DNA of 64,000 nt from the human T2T-CHM13v2.0 reference genome, Homo sapiens, in the NCBI RefSeq assembly GCF_009914755.1, contig NC_060927.1; one strand, written 5' to 3'. Each line of letters begins with the position of its first letter. Within the stretch, counting starts at the first letter, position 1. Below the pieces are notes generated by a model. That model worked only from the letters and a program-made list of their open reading frames with translations, did not search any database and was not told where the DNA came from. The position numbers were made by a program, and so were the translations under genes. Below, piece by piece: positions 44,755-58,189 of the stretch.

Positions 44755-45875
44755 CTTTTCAACTATAAAGCCATTGAAAATCCATATGACCTTAGGATAG
44801 GCAAAGATCTTAAGGTAGTATATATAAATGTATTAACTATAAAAGAAAAAATGATTAATTGGATTGATGAAATTAACTTACAGAATTAAAACCTCCTACT
44901 CTTCAAAAGCCACTGCTAAGAAAATGGAAAGAGAAGCCACAGACTGGGAGATAATATCTGTATTTAAAATATATATGTAATGAACTCTTAGAATTCACTA
45001 ATAAGAGATGACCCAAAAGATTCTGGATAGACACTTCACAAAAGAAGATATATATGAATTTTTAATAAGCATATGAAAAAATACTCAACATCATTAGTCA
45101 GCAGGGAAATGCAAATTAAAGCCACAGTGGGATACCACTTCACACTCACTAAGATGGCTAAAATTTACAAGTATCTGAAAGGATGTAGAGCTACTAGAGC
45201 TCTCAAGTGCTGCTAAGGGTATAAAATGGTAGAACCACTTTGGAAAACAGTTTTGCAGGTTCTTATAAAGTTAAATGTACATTTATCATGATGCAGTAAT
45301 TCCATTGCTAATTACCCAAAAGAAATGAACACATATCCACAAAAAGACTTTTACTTGATTAGTCATAATAGCTTTAAATCATAATAGCACAAACTAGAAA
45401 TAGCTCAAATGTCCATCAGCTGTATGAATATACCAGAATTTGTTTTATCTATTTGTTGAATAGCATCAGAACATTTGAATAGACAAAACAAATTCTGGTA
45501 CATTCATACAGTGGAATACTACTCAGCAGTGTAAAGGAATGTACAATTGATAACATACAGTAAAATGGATAAATCTCGAAACTAAGTGCTAAATGAGAGA
45601 AGCCAGAGAGAAAAGTACATATGTAATTATGCTAATATGAAGATCTAGAACTGGCGAGACTTACCTACAGTAATAGAAATCAGATCAGTGGTTGTTGGAT
45701 ATTATGGGTAAGGGAAATTGAGAAAGGGCCTAGGGATAATTTTGCGGTGATAAAAATGTTCTGTCTTTTTTAAGGCAGTGGTTACATGGTTCTTGTCAAA
45801 TCTCACTGGATTACAAACTTAATATGTTTTTTATTGTATGTAAATTATCAGTAAAGTTGATTTCAAAATAAAAGT
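44755..45875 (+). mobile_element. L1M (MB/MC-like) ORF2 end and 3'UTR
   Basis: cagggaaatgcaaattaaagccacagtggg; tggaatactactcagca; gaaatcagatcagtggttg. Confidence 0.85.
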
Positions 45876-47219
45876 GAAGCTCTAAAAAGCTGAAGGGAAG
45901 CTCTGTGTTTGTGGACAGCGTTTGTCAATTAGTGGGCTTCACTGTAAGATGATCATGTAGCTAGATGAGATTTCTATTTCTCTAGAAAAAGATTCTTTAA
46001 TCCACAGTGGAGACTAGGAGCTGGAGTTAGTAAGCCTGGTTTTTGGTGACCTGGGCCTCCTTTATTTTCAATCCTTTACCACCGTCTTTGTCTGATGCCC
46101 CTGATGTTGGTGCTTTTCTGTTTCAGTTTTTTCCTCCCAGCACATCAACTTTCTATCTTCAGCAGGGTGAAAGAGGGATGATTTCTGAGCTTGTGGAGTG
46201 GGGGTATGGAGACCTAACTATTCTCTTACAGACTTTCAAACAGTCCCCCTATGTTTAATCCTCTACCCTACTCCATTTTCTGTGGTACCTGCTACCAACA
46301 AACCTTGGCTTTCTTTGGGTTGTGCAGGGTATGAACTGGTTTGCTTGTCATCAGTAAGCTGTCATTTACCATTCCTACTTCTCTTTTCTGTCTTCATCTG
46401 GAGTTACAGGTGTCTCCTAGGTTTTTGAAGATGGAGTTTGCATTCCTGTTTCTCATTCTTATTATTTGGAGGAGACTTTAAAACTGTGAAACCCATACTG
46501 CACATTTTCAGCGTTACCAATACCAGACTCCTTATACCTCTCTAAACACACCAGCCTTTTTCTGTCTCTGTGCCTTCATAGAATTCCTTTTTGCTTACAA
46601 GGCGCAGTCCAACCTGTTTTTACCTGATAAGGCTCTTATCTTTCAAAAATCCAGTTCCTCTCCATCCTAACTTATCTGCTGCTTGTAAACCTTTGTTTTA
46701 CAGCAGATCTTCTTCATTAGGAACTGCCATATAGCAGTTTATTGTGGAGCTTTCCAGAGGCACTGGAAAGTATGTGTTAGAGTAATCGTAATCTGCTTAA
46801 AGTGGTGGTAATAGTAAGTGCTTGATAAATATCTGTTGAATGAACTCTAAAGATGCATATGAAACACTCACCCAGAAATTAGGAAAACAGACTCTGGCCC
46901 TTTGTGGAGATGAAAGGACCAGCAGAGACCAAAAGCCTGGGGGGGTGGGGCTGGCAGCATGCCACAGACCTGAGGTGCATAAATATACACATTCAGAACA
47001 ATTATGATTTTGCAAGTAGTCTGTTGTATTAGGGGTATAAAGCAGACTATAACAGATGTTTAGACTGAAAATTTTTCTCATATTTTATCTCATCTAAGAT
47101 TATAAAACTCATTATTTCATATGCCATTAAGAAAAAACTCTATTGATTATGATAGAGTGCTTATCCTCTAGAACTTTTTTTACTCATTGAAAGAGTTCTA
47201 TGAGACTTACGTTGACAGA

Positions 47220-47545
47220 TTTTTTTTTTTTTTTTTTTTTTTTTTGAGATGAAGTCTGTCTCTGTTGCCCAGACTGGAGTGCAATGGCACGATCTCGGCT
47301 CACTGCAGCCTTAGACTCACTGCAGCCTCTGCCTCCCGGGTTCCTTTAATTCTCCTGCCTCAGCCTCCCAAGTTAGCTGGGATTACGGGCACACACCACC
47401 ATGCCCAGCTAATTTTTGTATTTTTAGTAGAGATGGGGTCTCACCATGTTGGCCAGGTTGATTGTGAACTCCTGACCTCAGGCAGTCTGCCCACCTTGGC
47501 CTCCCAAAGTGCTAGGATTATAGGCATGAGCCACCACACCTGGCC
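47220..47545 (-). mobile_element. AluS with small internal duplication (ctcactgcagcct x2)
   Basis: Full dimer with long T tract. Confidence 0.93.
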
Positions 47546-50500
47546 TGATGGATATTTTTAACTATATATCACTCTTGTGCATATATAAATAAAATACAGT
47601 GGAAATAATTGGCTAAAATATTTCTAGAATTTCATCTATTCGGATTCAGACTCTTTAAAATCACTTTTCAATTTAGAGCCACCGATGTTTATACTTTCTT
47701 TCTCTGCCATCCAGAGTGTTTGGTGATGACGCATTTCTTAAAAGAGTGTTCTGCTATGATCTTTGGGAATTTTCTGCCAAGTTATTCTGCATGTTTTTTT
47801 ACAATGGTGTTTTCTTGACCTTACTAGAGTGCGTTCAATAAATGACAACCATGTCACAGTTCTGCCTGACCAATAGGGATTTTAAGATGCTACCAACTAT
47901 AAGATGTATTTCCATTTAAGTGATGTTAAAATGTCCAAAAAAAAATGTATTTGAGAATTGAAAAATACTGTAGCTCAATAATTAATGTGATTCTGGCCTC
48001 AGAAACTTTCTCTTTGTTCCTGTTATTTAAAGGCTGCTGCTTTGTAAAAATGTATTTATAACCAAACTTTTCTTCTAAACTGTCATTTTTGTGAAAATTT
48101 TTAAGGTTTTCTTTTCTACTTTGAAGTTTTCTTGTCTTCACATTTTTTTGCTTAAAGTTAGCAGAGGCACTTTTATTTCTATCAACTTTTAAAAGAAGCC
48201 TGATGAAAAAATAGACCTTCTACATCTCAAATGATTTAATGAAGTGTCCACTAATATGTAGAGAGAAATATTTGTTGGTTAATCTAACAGAGTTAAAGCT
48301 TATTGCACAAACAGATGTCATCCTAGTGGAAGATATTTAGTAAATTGCTAAGGAACTTTTTCTCTCCTTTGCTCCTTCTTGATCAGCATTATTTAATCAA
48401 TAAACATATTACTTCATACTTCTTTTTGTATTCTGGCCTTCACGAGAAGCCCTAGATCAAGCTAGTCATTTGTACCATCTCTACTTCTACATCAGTCCTG
48501 CTCAGTGTTTCAGGATCTATCCTTACTTTTGCCTGTTCCTAATCAGATACCTCCTTATTTTCATTAACATCTATTTCAGATTTTCACTATCTTCCCAAAT
48601 TCCTTAATACCTCTCCTGCCCCCTAAACTTTAATCAATAATTTTGCTTTCAGTTTCACTGAGAAAAATTGAACCTGTCATGGAAAAAAATTCCTTGTATT
48701 TTTCTTCTTCCATTTATAAACTGGTTTCTTTCCCCCTGCCTCACTAGGAAAGGTATCCACCTTCCTCTGAGACTAATCCCCTCACCAGGGCTTTGGCTAC
48801 TAGTTCCTGGGTCCTCAAAGCTTTTTCTGGATCTTTCCCTTCAACATGTACACAAGCTCAAATATCTTCTGTCCTTTAAGAAAAAATTCATATCTCCATT
48901 CTCTTCTAGCTGCCGTTTTATAGCCCTCCTTTTCTTAGCAAAAAAACTAATGGAAAATCTAGTCTACCTACACCACTTTTTTTGACACCAAGTCCCTGAA
49001 ATTGCACGTGATAAGGATACCAGCAACCTTCATATTGGCAAATCCAGTTTTTTGTTTTTCCTGGACCTCTTAGTAACATCCAGTGCTAGTGACCTCCATT
49101 TGGAAAGTCCCTTCTTCAGCCTCCATAAAACTGCTTTCTCCTGGTTTTCTTGTTATCTTTTTCTCTTTCTTCTTAGACTCCCTCTAAGAATTCTGTTCCT
49201 CTCTTCAACCCAGAAATGTCATTGATCCTCAACTTTTCCTCAGTCCAGAGCTCCCCTCACTTTATGCACTCACCCTGAGTAAATTCTCAGAGCTGCGTCT
49301 CCAACCCAGATCTTTCTGCTGACCTCCAGGTTTTTGTGTTCACATTTCATTCAGTCATCACCACTTAGATATTCCACAGGTACCTCCTCAAACAACACAT
49401 TCAGAAAATAACTTTATCTGTCCTGTGGCCACCCCCTGTAAAACAAAAACAAAAAGTCTGTTTTAGGATTAGCAACACAAGTCTCCCAGTACTTAAGCCA
49501 GAAATCCAAGATTCCTCCCTGTCACTTTCCCCTCCTGCTGTTCTATGGATTCTTCCTCCTGGGCTAATCAGTGCCCTCCTCTTTGTTATTACTGTCACCT
49601 ACTTGGTTTAGATTCTCATCACTTCTTGCATGGATTATTATCATAACCTCCTAATCGATTTCTAGGTCTTCAGTCTGGTTCCTATCTATCCTCCACTCAG
49701 GTGCTACAGTGATCTTTCTGTAACAAATTTCATCGTGTTACTCTTACTCTCTAGCCTAAAAGTCTTTGTTTTTCTCATAGCTTTCAGAATAAAGTTCAGA
49801 CTCCTTAGTTTAGCATACAAAGGCCAACTGTGATTGGCTTTTGCTGCTGCTGCTGCTCTGTTTTCCTGCCCTCTTGCTTGTCTCTATACGCCCGCCAGTG
49901 AAACTGGCTGGAACTACTTGTACTTCGGCATTCACTGTGCAGTGTTCTGCCTCTCTGCCTTCACATATGTGTTTCCCTCTACCTGGAGTATTCTTCCCTT
50001 CCTTTTTGTCTAAGTAGCTCTCATTGATCCTTCAAAATTATGTACCTACATCGCTATATTTCAGGAAACTTTTCCTGACTCCTCAGTCTGATTCAGATGC
50101 TCCCTCTCAAAACAGACAAAGGACATGAAGAAAGGCTTCACAAGTGAACAATGACAAAATGTCTAATAGGTAAATGAGAAGATATTCAGACTTACCAGCA
50201 ATCAAGGAAATGAAGATTAAAACAATGTACTTCCATTTTTTTCATCAATCAAATTACCAAAAATTTAAAGAGAGGAATCAGTCCAAGAAAACATGGAGAA
50301 ACAGGCCCTCTTCTAGATTGGCCCTATGTATCTAATGACTTTTTTTGAAAAAGTATATGTACACACACACACACATCTTTTGACTCAACATTTTACTGTG
50401 TGGAATATATTATAAGCAAATAACTGGAGAGCTATGTAAAATATATGTAAAAGAATGTTTATCACTGCTTATTTGAAAACAAATAGTAAATAACCTAAAT

Positions 50501-51378
50501 GTTCAGCAATAACAAATGGCTAAATTTATTTATATGATAGAATGTTATTCATTAAAATGATCTATGTCTATTTTGACCTGGAAGTACATTTGTGAGATAT
50601 TGTCAAAGTAAGTTATAGTATGGTCCAAATTTTGTAAAAAATACATACATTTATAAATTTTTGTAAGAGAAAGTTAAAGTATATACATAAGAATATCAAC
50701 AGTGTTTATTTCTGCTTGTGAATATTGTCCAGCTTTTCTGAAAAGAACATTTATTAATTGGGGGAGCAAAATGGGAGAAACTTGGCCTCACTCCCAATAG
50801 CTGCTGTGCTTGCTTGCTTCTGTCACTGCCCTCATTAAACATTGAGCACTCCGAAGACATCACTATATGTCATTTGGCATCATTCTCCCAGGGTCAGGCA
50901 CAGAGTAGGAAATGTTTGATAAGTGAATTAGAGCAATAACAGCAATAATATTTATTGTGCATTTACTGAGTCTTAGGTACTGTTGTAAGCATCTGACATA
51001 TGTTAACTTAATCTTCATGAGATGGGTATTATTATTCTCTCCATTTTGCCGTTGAAACAGACTGACAAGGTTAACCACCTTATATTAGGCCACACTGGCA
51101 GGATTGGGCTTCAAAACCATGGAGTCTAGCTTTCTCTTAGACGCAGGACTGCATGGTGCTTCTGAGTTAGGTTGGATCTCTGATTGAAAATAGTGGATTA
51201 GATTCCATGTCTAAGATTCCATCTAGTTAACTGGGCATCAATTGAATTATGGTCTGAATAAAAAGGCAGAATTTGACACCCATGGGTCTGAAACAAATAG
51301 CAGGGAAAGTAATCTTTGATTCTTTGGCATTTTTTTTTTAACTCAAATGATTTTAGACTGTAAATTTCTCATTGATAG

Positions 51379-51913
<535 letters not shown>

Positions 51914-52831
51914 TAAAACAGCACCCTCCCAGCATTTCTAAACCCTTGCCCTGCATCATTTTTCTCCCCAACACATGCCACCATATGATAAGTTTATATG
52001 TTTAACTTGTATGTTGGGTTTTTTCCCCTTGTTTTATTTCCTGCTCTATCCCTAGTGTATACAAAGAACCTGGTACACACAGTAGGTAGTCAGTATTTGT
52101 TGACGGAATAAATACATTGACAGAACCTTCTTGGAAAGCAACTACAGTATATTTTAAAAGCTGTTTTTTAAAAAGAATGATTAAGTAAATTCTGTCCACT
52201 TGATGCAGAGAGAGAGATATCCACATGGAGCAGGGTCTGGGAGATGGGATCAAGATCAGTAATGAAACTTGTGTTTTCTTTCAGTAAGCAAAAAGAAGAT
52301 GATGGGAGAATAATTTCTAGGAGTAGAGGAAGTTTGAGACTCAAGAACAGGTACTAGGTGTTGGTAGTCTTTGAGAAGACTAGGTTGATGGAAGCAAAAG
52401 GTTGGTGCAGGGACATAGTAGAAAATATGATTATAGATGGATTGGAACAGGTGTTGAGGGACTTAAAAGTGAGTCAAAAGAGGTAGACTTGCTGTGATCC
52501 ATGAGGAAATCAGAAGTGTGAATTTTTAAGCTGTGAGGGATGAAAATGCCGTGTAAATCTAAGCTTCTTAATATCATATAAGGTGGCAAGGAGCATGCAA
52601 TAAGAAATTCATCTCAGAGGCAGATGTGACAAGGCAGAGTTGAGGTAATATTACTCTAGGCAATAAGGAGTATAAGGTGTGATGAAACAAAGGCATGAGT
52701 TGAATATCAGCTGTAAGGGATATTGCAGATAATAAAGCGTGGTGGTTAACTGCAAATGGGATGCAAAGAAAGAGGAAATCAAAAGTTCCAGCATTAAAAA
52801 AATTTCCTTTTAATTTTTTTTTTTATTACAG

Positions 52832-53271
52832 GTTTCTCTGTCATTCACAGAAAAATGAATCATTTAAACCTTTGGAGGACTCAGTTATCACAATACTTCT
52901 CTACTACCAACTAAGATTTATGATAGTAAATTTATGAGAGCAAATTTCCATGTTATAGAACTGTTGAAGAACTAAAAGAGGATATTCTTTCATCAAAATA
53001 ATTCTGCAGTATCATAATATTACTAAATAAAATTAAAAAGCACAATTATTAAATTATTAAATTTGCCACACATGTGCAGCAGCTACTGTATCCTGATAGT
53101 GACCAAACCTCAAATATAAATGGTTTCCCTTCATGGGAAAAGCCATTATATTTGGAAGAAACCACTGAACACTGTTATTAAATATATTTTCAGCTAACTG
53201 TCATTTAGGAGAATTTTCATGAAACAAGTTCTAGAAAGTTCCAAGTCCCACCAGTAAGTGGATTTGATATT
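52832..53271 (+). other. PPP2R3A: PPP2R3A exon 2, 5'UTR portion (440 nt)
   Basis: Long T-rich tract then TTACAG|G acceptor at 52830-52831; AT-rich non-repetitive sequence continuous with the ATG at 53272; agrees with recalled transcript structure. Confidence 0.85.
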
Positions 53272-55266
53272 ATGGCAGCAACTTACAGACTTGTGGTTAG
53301 TACTGTGAACCACTACAGCAGCGTGGTGATAGACCGGCGTTTTGAACAAGCTATACATTATTGCACTGGAACCTGCCACACCTTCACACATGGAATTGAC
53401 TGCATTGTGGTACACCATAGTGTTTGTGCAGACCTCTTGCACATCCCTGTGTCTCAGTTCAAAGATGCAGATCTGAACTCTATGTTTCTACCCCATGAAA
53501 ATGGGCTTTCTTCGGCTGAAGGAGACTATCCCCAACAGGCCTTCACAGGCATACCCAGGGTCAAGAGAGGATCTACATTTCAGAATACCTACAACTTAAA
53601 GGATATTGCAGGAGAAGCAATCAGTTTTGCCAGTGGGAAAATAAAAGAATTTTCCTTTGAAAAACTCAAAAACTCTAACCATGCAGCTTACAGAAAGGGA
53701 AGGAAAGTTAAGTCTGACTCATTTAATAGGAGGTCAGTTGATTTGGACTTGCTTTGTGGCCATTATAACAACGATGGGAACTCCCCATCCTTTGGTTTAC
53801 TGCGGAGTTCCTCAGTTGAGGAAAAACCTTTGTCTCATAGAAACTCACTGGATACGAACCTGACTTCCATGTTTCTTCAAAACTTTTCTGAAGAAGACTT
53901 GGTTACTCAGATTTTGGAAAAACATAAAATAGATAATTTTTCTTCTGGGACAGACATAAAGATGTGCTTGGACATCTTATTGAAATGCTCCGAGGATTTA
54001 AAAAAATGCACAGACATCATAAAACAATGCATAAAGAAAAAATCAGGGAGTAGCATCAGTGAAGGAAGTGGTAATGATACAATTTCTAGCTCTGAAACTG
54101 TCTATATGAATGTAATGACCAGGTTAGCATCCTATCTGAAAAAGTTACCATTTGAATTCATGCAGTCTGGGAATAATGAGGCTCTAGATTTAACAGAACT
54201 GATCAGTAATATGCCTAGCTTACAACTGACTCCCTTCTCCCCAGTGTTTGGCACTGAACAACCCCCTAAATATGAAGATGTTGTCCAGCTCTCAGCTTCT
54301 GACTCTGGACGATTTCAAACTATTGAATTGCAAAATGACAAGCCTAATTCTAGGAAGATGGACACTGTACAATCCATTCCAAACAACTCCACAAATTCCT
54401 TATATAACTTAGAGGTAAATGATCCTAGAACTCTAAAAGCTGTCCAGGTCCAATCACAGTCATTAACCATGAATCCTTTAGAAAATGTTTCTTCTGACGA
54501 CTTAATGGAAACTCTTTATATTGAAGAAGAGTCAGATGGAAAGAAAGCATTAGATAAAGGACAAAAGACAGAGAATGGACCTAGTCATGAGTTATTAAAG
54601 GTAAATGAACATAGAGCAGAATTTCCAGAACATGCTACTCATCTTAAAAAATGCCCCACCCCAATGCAAAATGAAATTGGTAAGATATTTGAGAAATCAT
54701 TTGTTAATCTACCTAAGGAAGACTGTAAATCAAAAGTTTCTAAATTTGAAGAGGGAGACCAGAGAGATTTTACAAATTCCAGTAGCCAGGAAGAGATAGA
54801 TAAATTGTTAATGGATTTGGAATCTTTTTCACAGAAGATGGAGACCTCTCTAAGAGAGCCACTTGCGAAGGGTAAAAACTCTAATTTTTTAAATAGTCAC
54901 AGTCAGTTGACCGGTCAGACCCTTGTAGATCTTGAGCCTAAATCTAAAGTCTCTTCACCCATAGAAAAAGTCTCACCTTCCTGTCTAACAAGGATTATTG
55001 AAACCAATGGACACAAAATAGAGGAAGAGGATCGAGCCCTCTTACTGCGAATCCTGGAAAGCATTGAAGACTTTGCTCAAGAACTAGTTGAATGCAAATC
55101 AAGCAGAGGGAGCCTATCACAAGAAAAGGAAATGATGCAAATTCTACAGGAAACCTTGACAACTTCCTCCCAGGCCAATTTATCAGTCTGTAGAAGTCCT
55201 GTTGGTGATAAAGCCAAAGATACTACTTCAGCAGTTTTGATTCAGCAGACTCCAGAGGTGATCAAG
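53272..55266 (+). CDS. PPP2R3A: PP2A regulatory subunit B'' alpha (PR130), first coding exon, codons 1-665; CDS continues beyond the window
   Basis: Translation MAATYRLVVSTVNHYSSVVIDRRFEQAIHYCTGTCH...QQTPEVIK recognised as the PR130 N-terminus. ATG in strong Kozak context (ATTATGG). Splice donor AAG|GTAAGA at 55266/55267 gives 1995 nt, phase 0; the last 8 aa of the track ORF are intronic read-through. Confidence 0.97.
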
Positions 55267-56802
55267 GTAAGACCCAACAATTTTGAGTCCTAGGAACTCT
55301 TTAAAAAATGTTTAGTGTTTGAAAATTTTATAAAGAAAAACTTTTTTGTTAGCCATTTTTTGTTCTACTAAAGCTCTGCCCTACACTAGGAATGATCTCA
55401 CTCAGCTCAGAGTCAGTAAAAAGCAAAGATTATACAAGATGATAGAGGAAAAAAAAAAAGCAAAGACTTTAGACTCAGACTGGTTCCTACTGCCCTCCCC
55501 ATACCCTTCATCTTCTTCCCAGCTCTGTGACCAAAGAAAAATTACTTACCTTTAATATCCTCATCTTTATGGTGGAAATAATAAGGATCAAAATAACTTG
55601 TGTGAAACATAAGCAAGGTTCCTTACACAAAGTAGGCATTTAATATTAGTCGTCACCCTCCCCAGCCAACCAAGAGACCAGTTGTTACTGCATGCCTATG
55701 TAGACCTGTGTAAGGTTAGTGTAGAGTACAAAAGGAGAGAAGACATGATTCTTTAAGAGCTTAAAATCCACTTGTAGAGACAAAACTGACAATGTCTGAA
55801 ACAGTTCATGAGCATGTGAACACCATTCTGAAAGTATTGTCATAACAGTAGGCCTTCAAAGAAGATAAAGACTAAAGGGTAAGATTTGATTCTCCAGGCA
55901 ACTGAGAATAAATATCAATCTAGAATCACGGAAGTATTTTCAAAAGTTTTTAATCCATCCCCCTACTGAAAGCACTGCTTTTGAATACTCCCAGAAAGGC
56001 AGTTGTCTTCCCATTTTATTTACATACGTGTGTCGTAGCACAACAAGATTATTCCTTGTTCATTTTATAAGTCCAACATGGGTTAGCAAGAGGCTCTGCT
56101 CTACTTCATTCAAGGACCCAGTCTGATGGAGGCTCCATGTTCTTACTGCTGCCCATTGACCCATCTAGGATATGTGGCTTTTGAGTTCACTGAAGGAGGG
56201 GAACAAAGGGGTGATGCTTTTAACTGCCTTGTCCCAAACTTGGACACACTTCATTTCTGTTCACAGTCCAGTGATTCCCAACCTAAAATCTAAGAAACAT
56301 AGAAAAGCACATGGAATATTTGTTAAGCACTGCCCCTACCACATGAATGAGCTATATGTATCAACATGTATGAATTCAGACATAAAGCCAAATCGACAAA
56401 AGCAAGTTGTAAAATAAGGATATGAATCATTTTGAGATACATACATTTTTACAAAAAGTATGAAGAAATACATGGATACACAAAATCCAATGTTAATGGT
56501 TAATCCTGGAGGAAGGGAAATGCAACTGAGGAAGGGCGTACAGGGGGCCTGAATAGTATTAGTCATATTTTACTTCATAATCTGGGTAGTAGATCTGTAA
56601 GTATTTTGTCATGTTATTCTTTGTGCTTTTTTATATTCTTAAATATTACGTAGTAATTTTTTAAAAAACTAATTGGATATTTGAGATGCCATTTATGTGG
56701 CCAAGTTAAAATACAAGTTACATATTAGGCTTCTCATTACAACTGTCATTTGAGCAGGGGAACAAATGCATATTGTCATCAGATGAATCTTTCTTTCCCT
56801 GG

Positions 56803-57141
56803 TACATGTTGAGCATCCAAAATCCAAAGTGCTCCAAAATTTGAAACTTTTTGGGCACCAACATGATGCCACAAGTGGAAAATTCTGCACCTGACCTTGT
56901 GACAGGTCACAGTCAAAACGCTATCAAAACCTTGTTTCACGTACAAAATTCTTTAAAATACTGTGTAAAATTACCTTCAAGCTATGTGTATATATGAAAC
57001 AAATAAATTTCGTGTTTAGACTTGGGCCCCATCCCCAAGGTATCCCATTATGTATATGCAGATATTCCAAAATCCAAAAAAATTCTAAATCTAAAACACT
57101 TCTAGTCATGAGCATTTTGAATAAGGGATACTCAGTCTGTA
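56803..57141. mobile_element. Tigger4/MER46-like DNA transposon
   Basis: TA-flanked termini tacatgttgagcatcc...gggatactcagtctgta. Confidence 0.75.
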
Positions 57142-58189
57142 TGTTTTGTGGCTGCTATTCTTCTGTGGACTTTTTTAGTCACTAGCAACACTAAAGTTTA
57201 AAACAATACATACTTTTAATAAGGTTACTAAGTGATTATTTGGGTCTAAATATCACAGATGTTCCCTGAGCATTTCTGTGAAATTACTTTGTGTGAATCT
57301 CCTCATTTGTTGGTTCACAGGTGGTAGTATCTTTAGTTTGGGGTCAACACTAGGGGAGAAACTTGGAATTAATCACAAAAGTAAGAAAAATCCCTTCACA
57401 TGGTTTTTTTTCCCACATGACACATTGCAGTACACAGGCAATACTGATGTGCTTAATAGTTTATTATAAAGGAAAGAAAATACCTACATAGCAACTTCAA
57501 AATGATAATAATGTCATAAGAGCTACCAGTTATTGTGAACTAAGGCATACTAAGACATTTAAAGGTATTATCTCACTATTTTCCCTCACAATAACCTGTC
57601 TGCCCATTGAAGAAACATCTGCTTTCTCTGATGACCTATTCCAATATCTTAAAACCATTATAACCAGAAACTCTCACTGTGATACGGTGTTTTGAATTTT
57701 ACTCAACCCTCTTCCCCCATTATCTTCTGTGACAAAAAGGAGACAAATTCTCTAAAAAGAGATGGACTGCATAAAGTAGAAAATGTCTGAGCATCACCTG
57801 TCCTGTGTTCCTGGCTAACACCTCATGAGTGGGTTCCCCGTGACCCCCAATCTAGGTACAGCTACCTTAAAATGCCACACTGGGCTCTAAATGTGCTTCC
57901 CACTTTTTTGACAAGTAATGGACTGAAATCAGAATCTTATTAAAAGATTGTCTCCTGCCATTCTTTTAAATAAGTTTCAATATCACAGAATATAATAAAA
58001 TTTGATGAGATTTCTTCTTGATAAAAGTTGGAAAAGTACTTAATGAAAAGCTAATTCAAAGAGACAGGTAATATAAAATGTTTAATTCAGGAAGATGCTT
58101 AATGCAAGAAGACAAACCATTCTTCCTTGACTCAGTTGCCTTCCTACTTGTCTTTTTTTAATCTTTCTTTTCTTATGAAAAGTTTAAGT

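Noticed and set aside
55267-55293. Track ORF end as the true stop of a 673-aa gene
   Set aside because: A strong GTAAGA donor at 55267 and the known continuation of PR130 indicate the last 8 codons are intronic.
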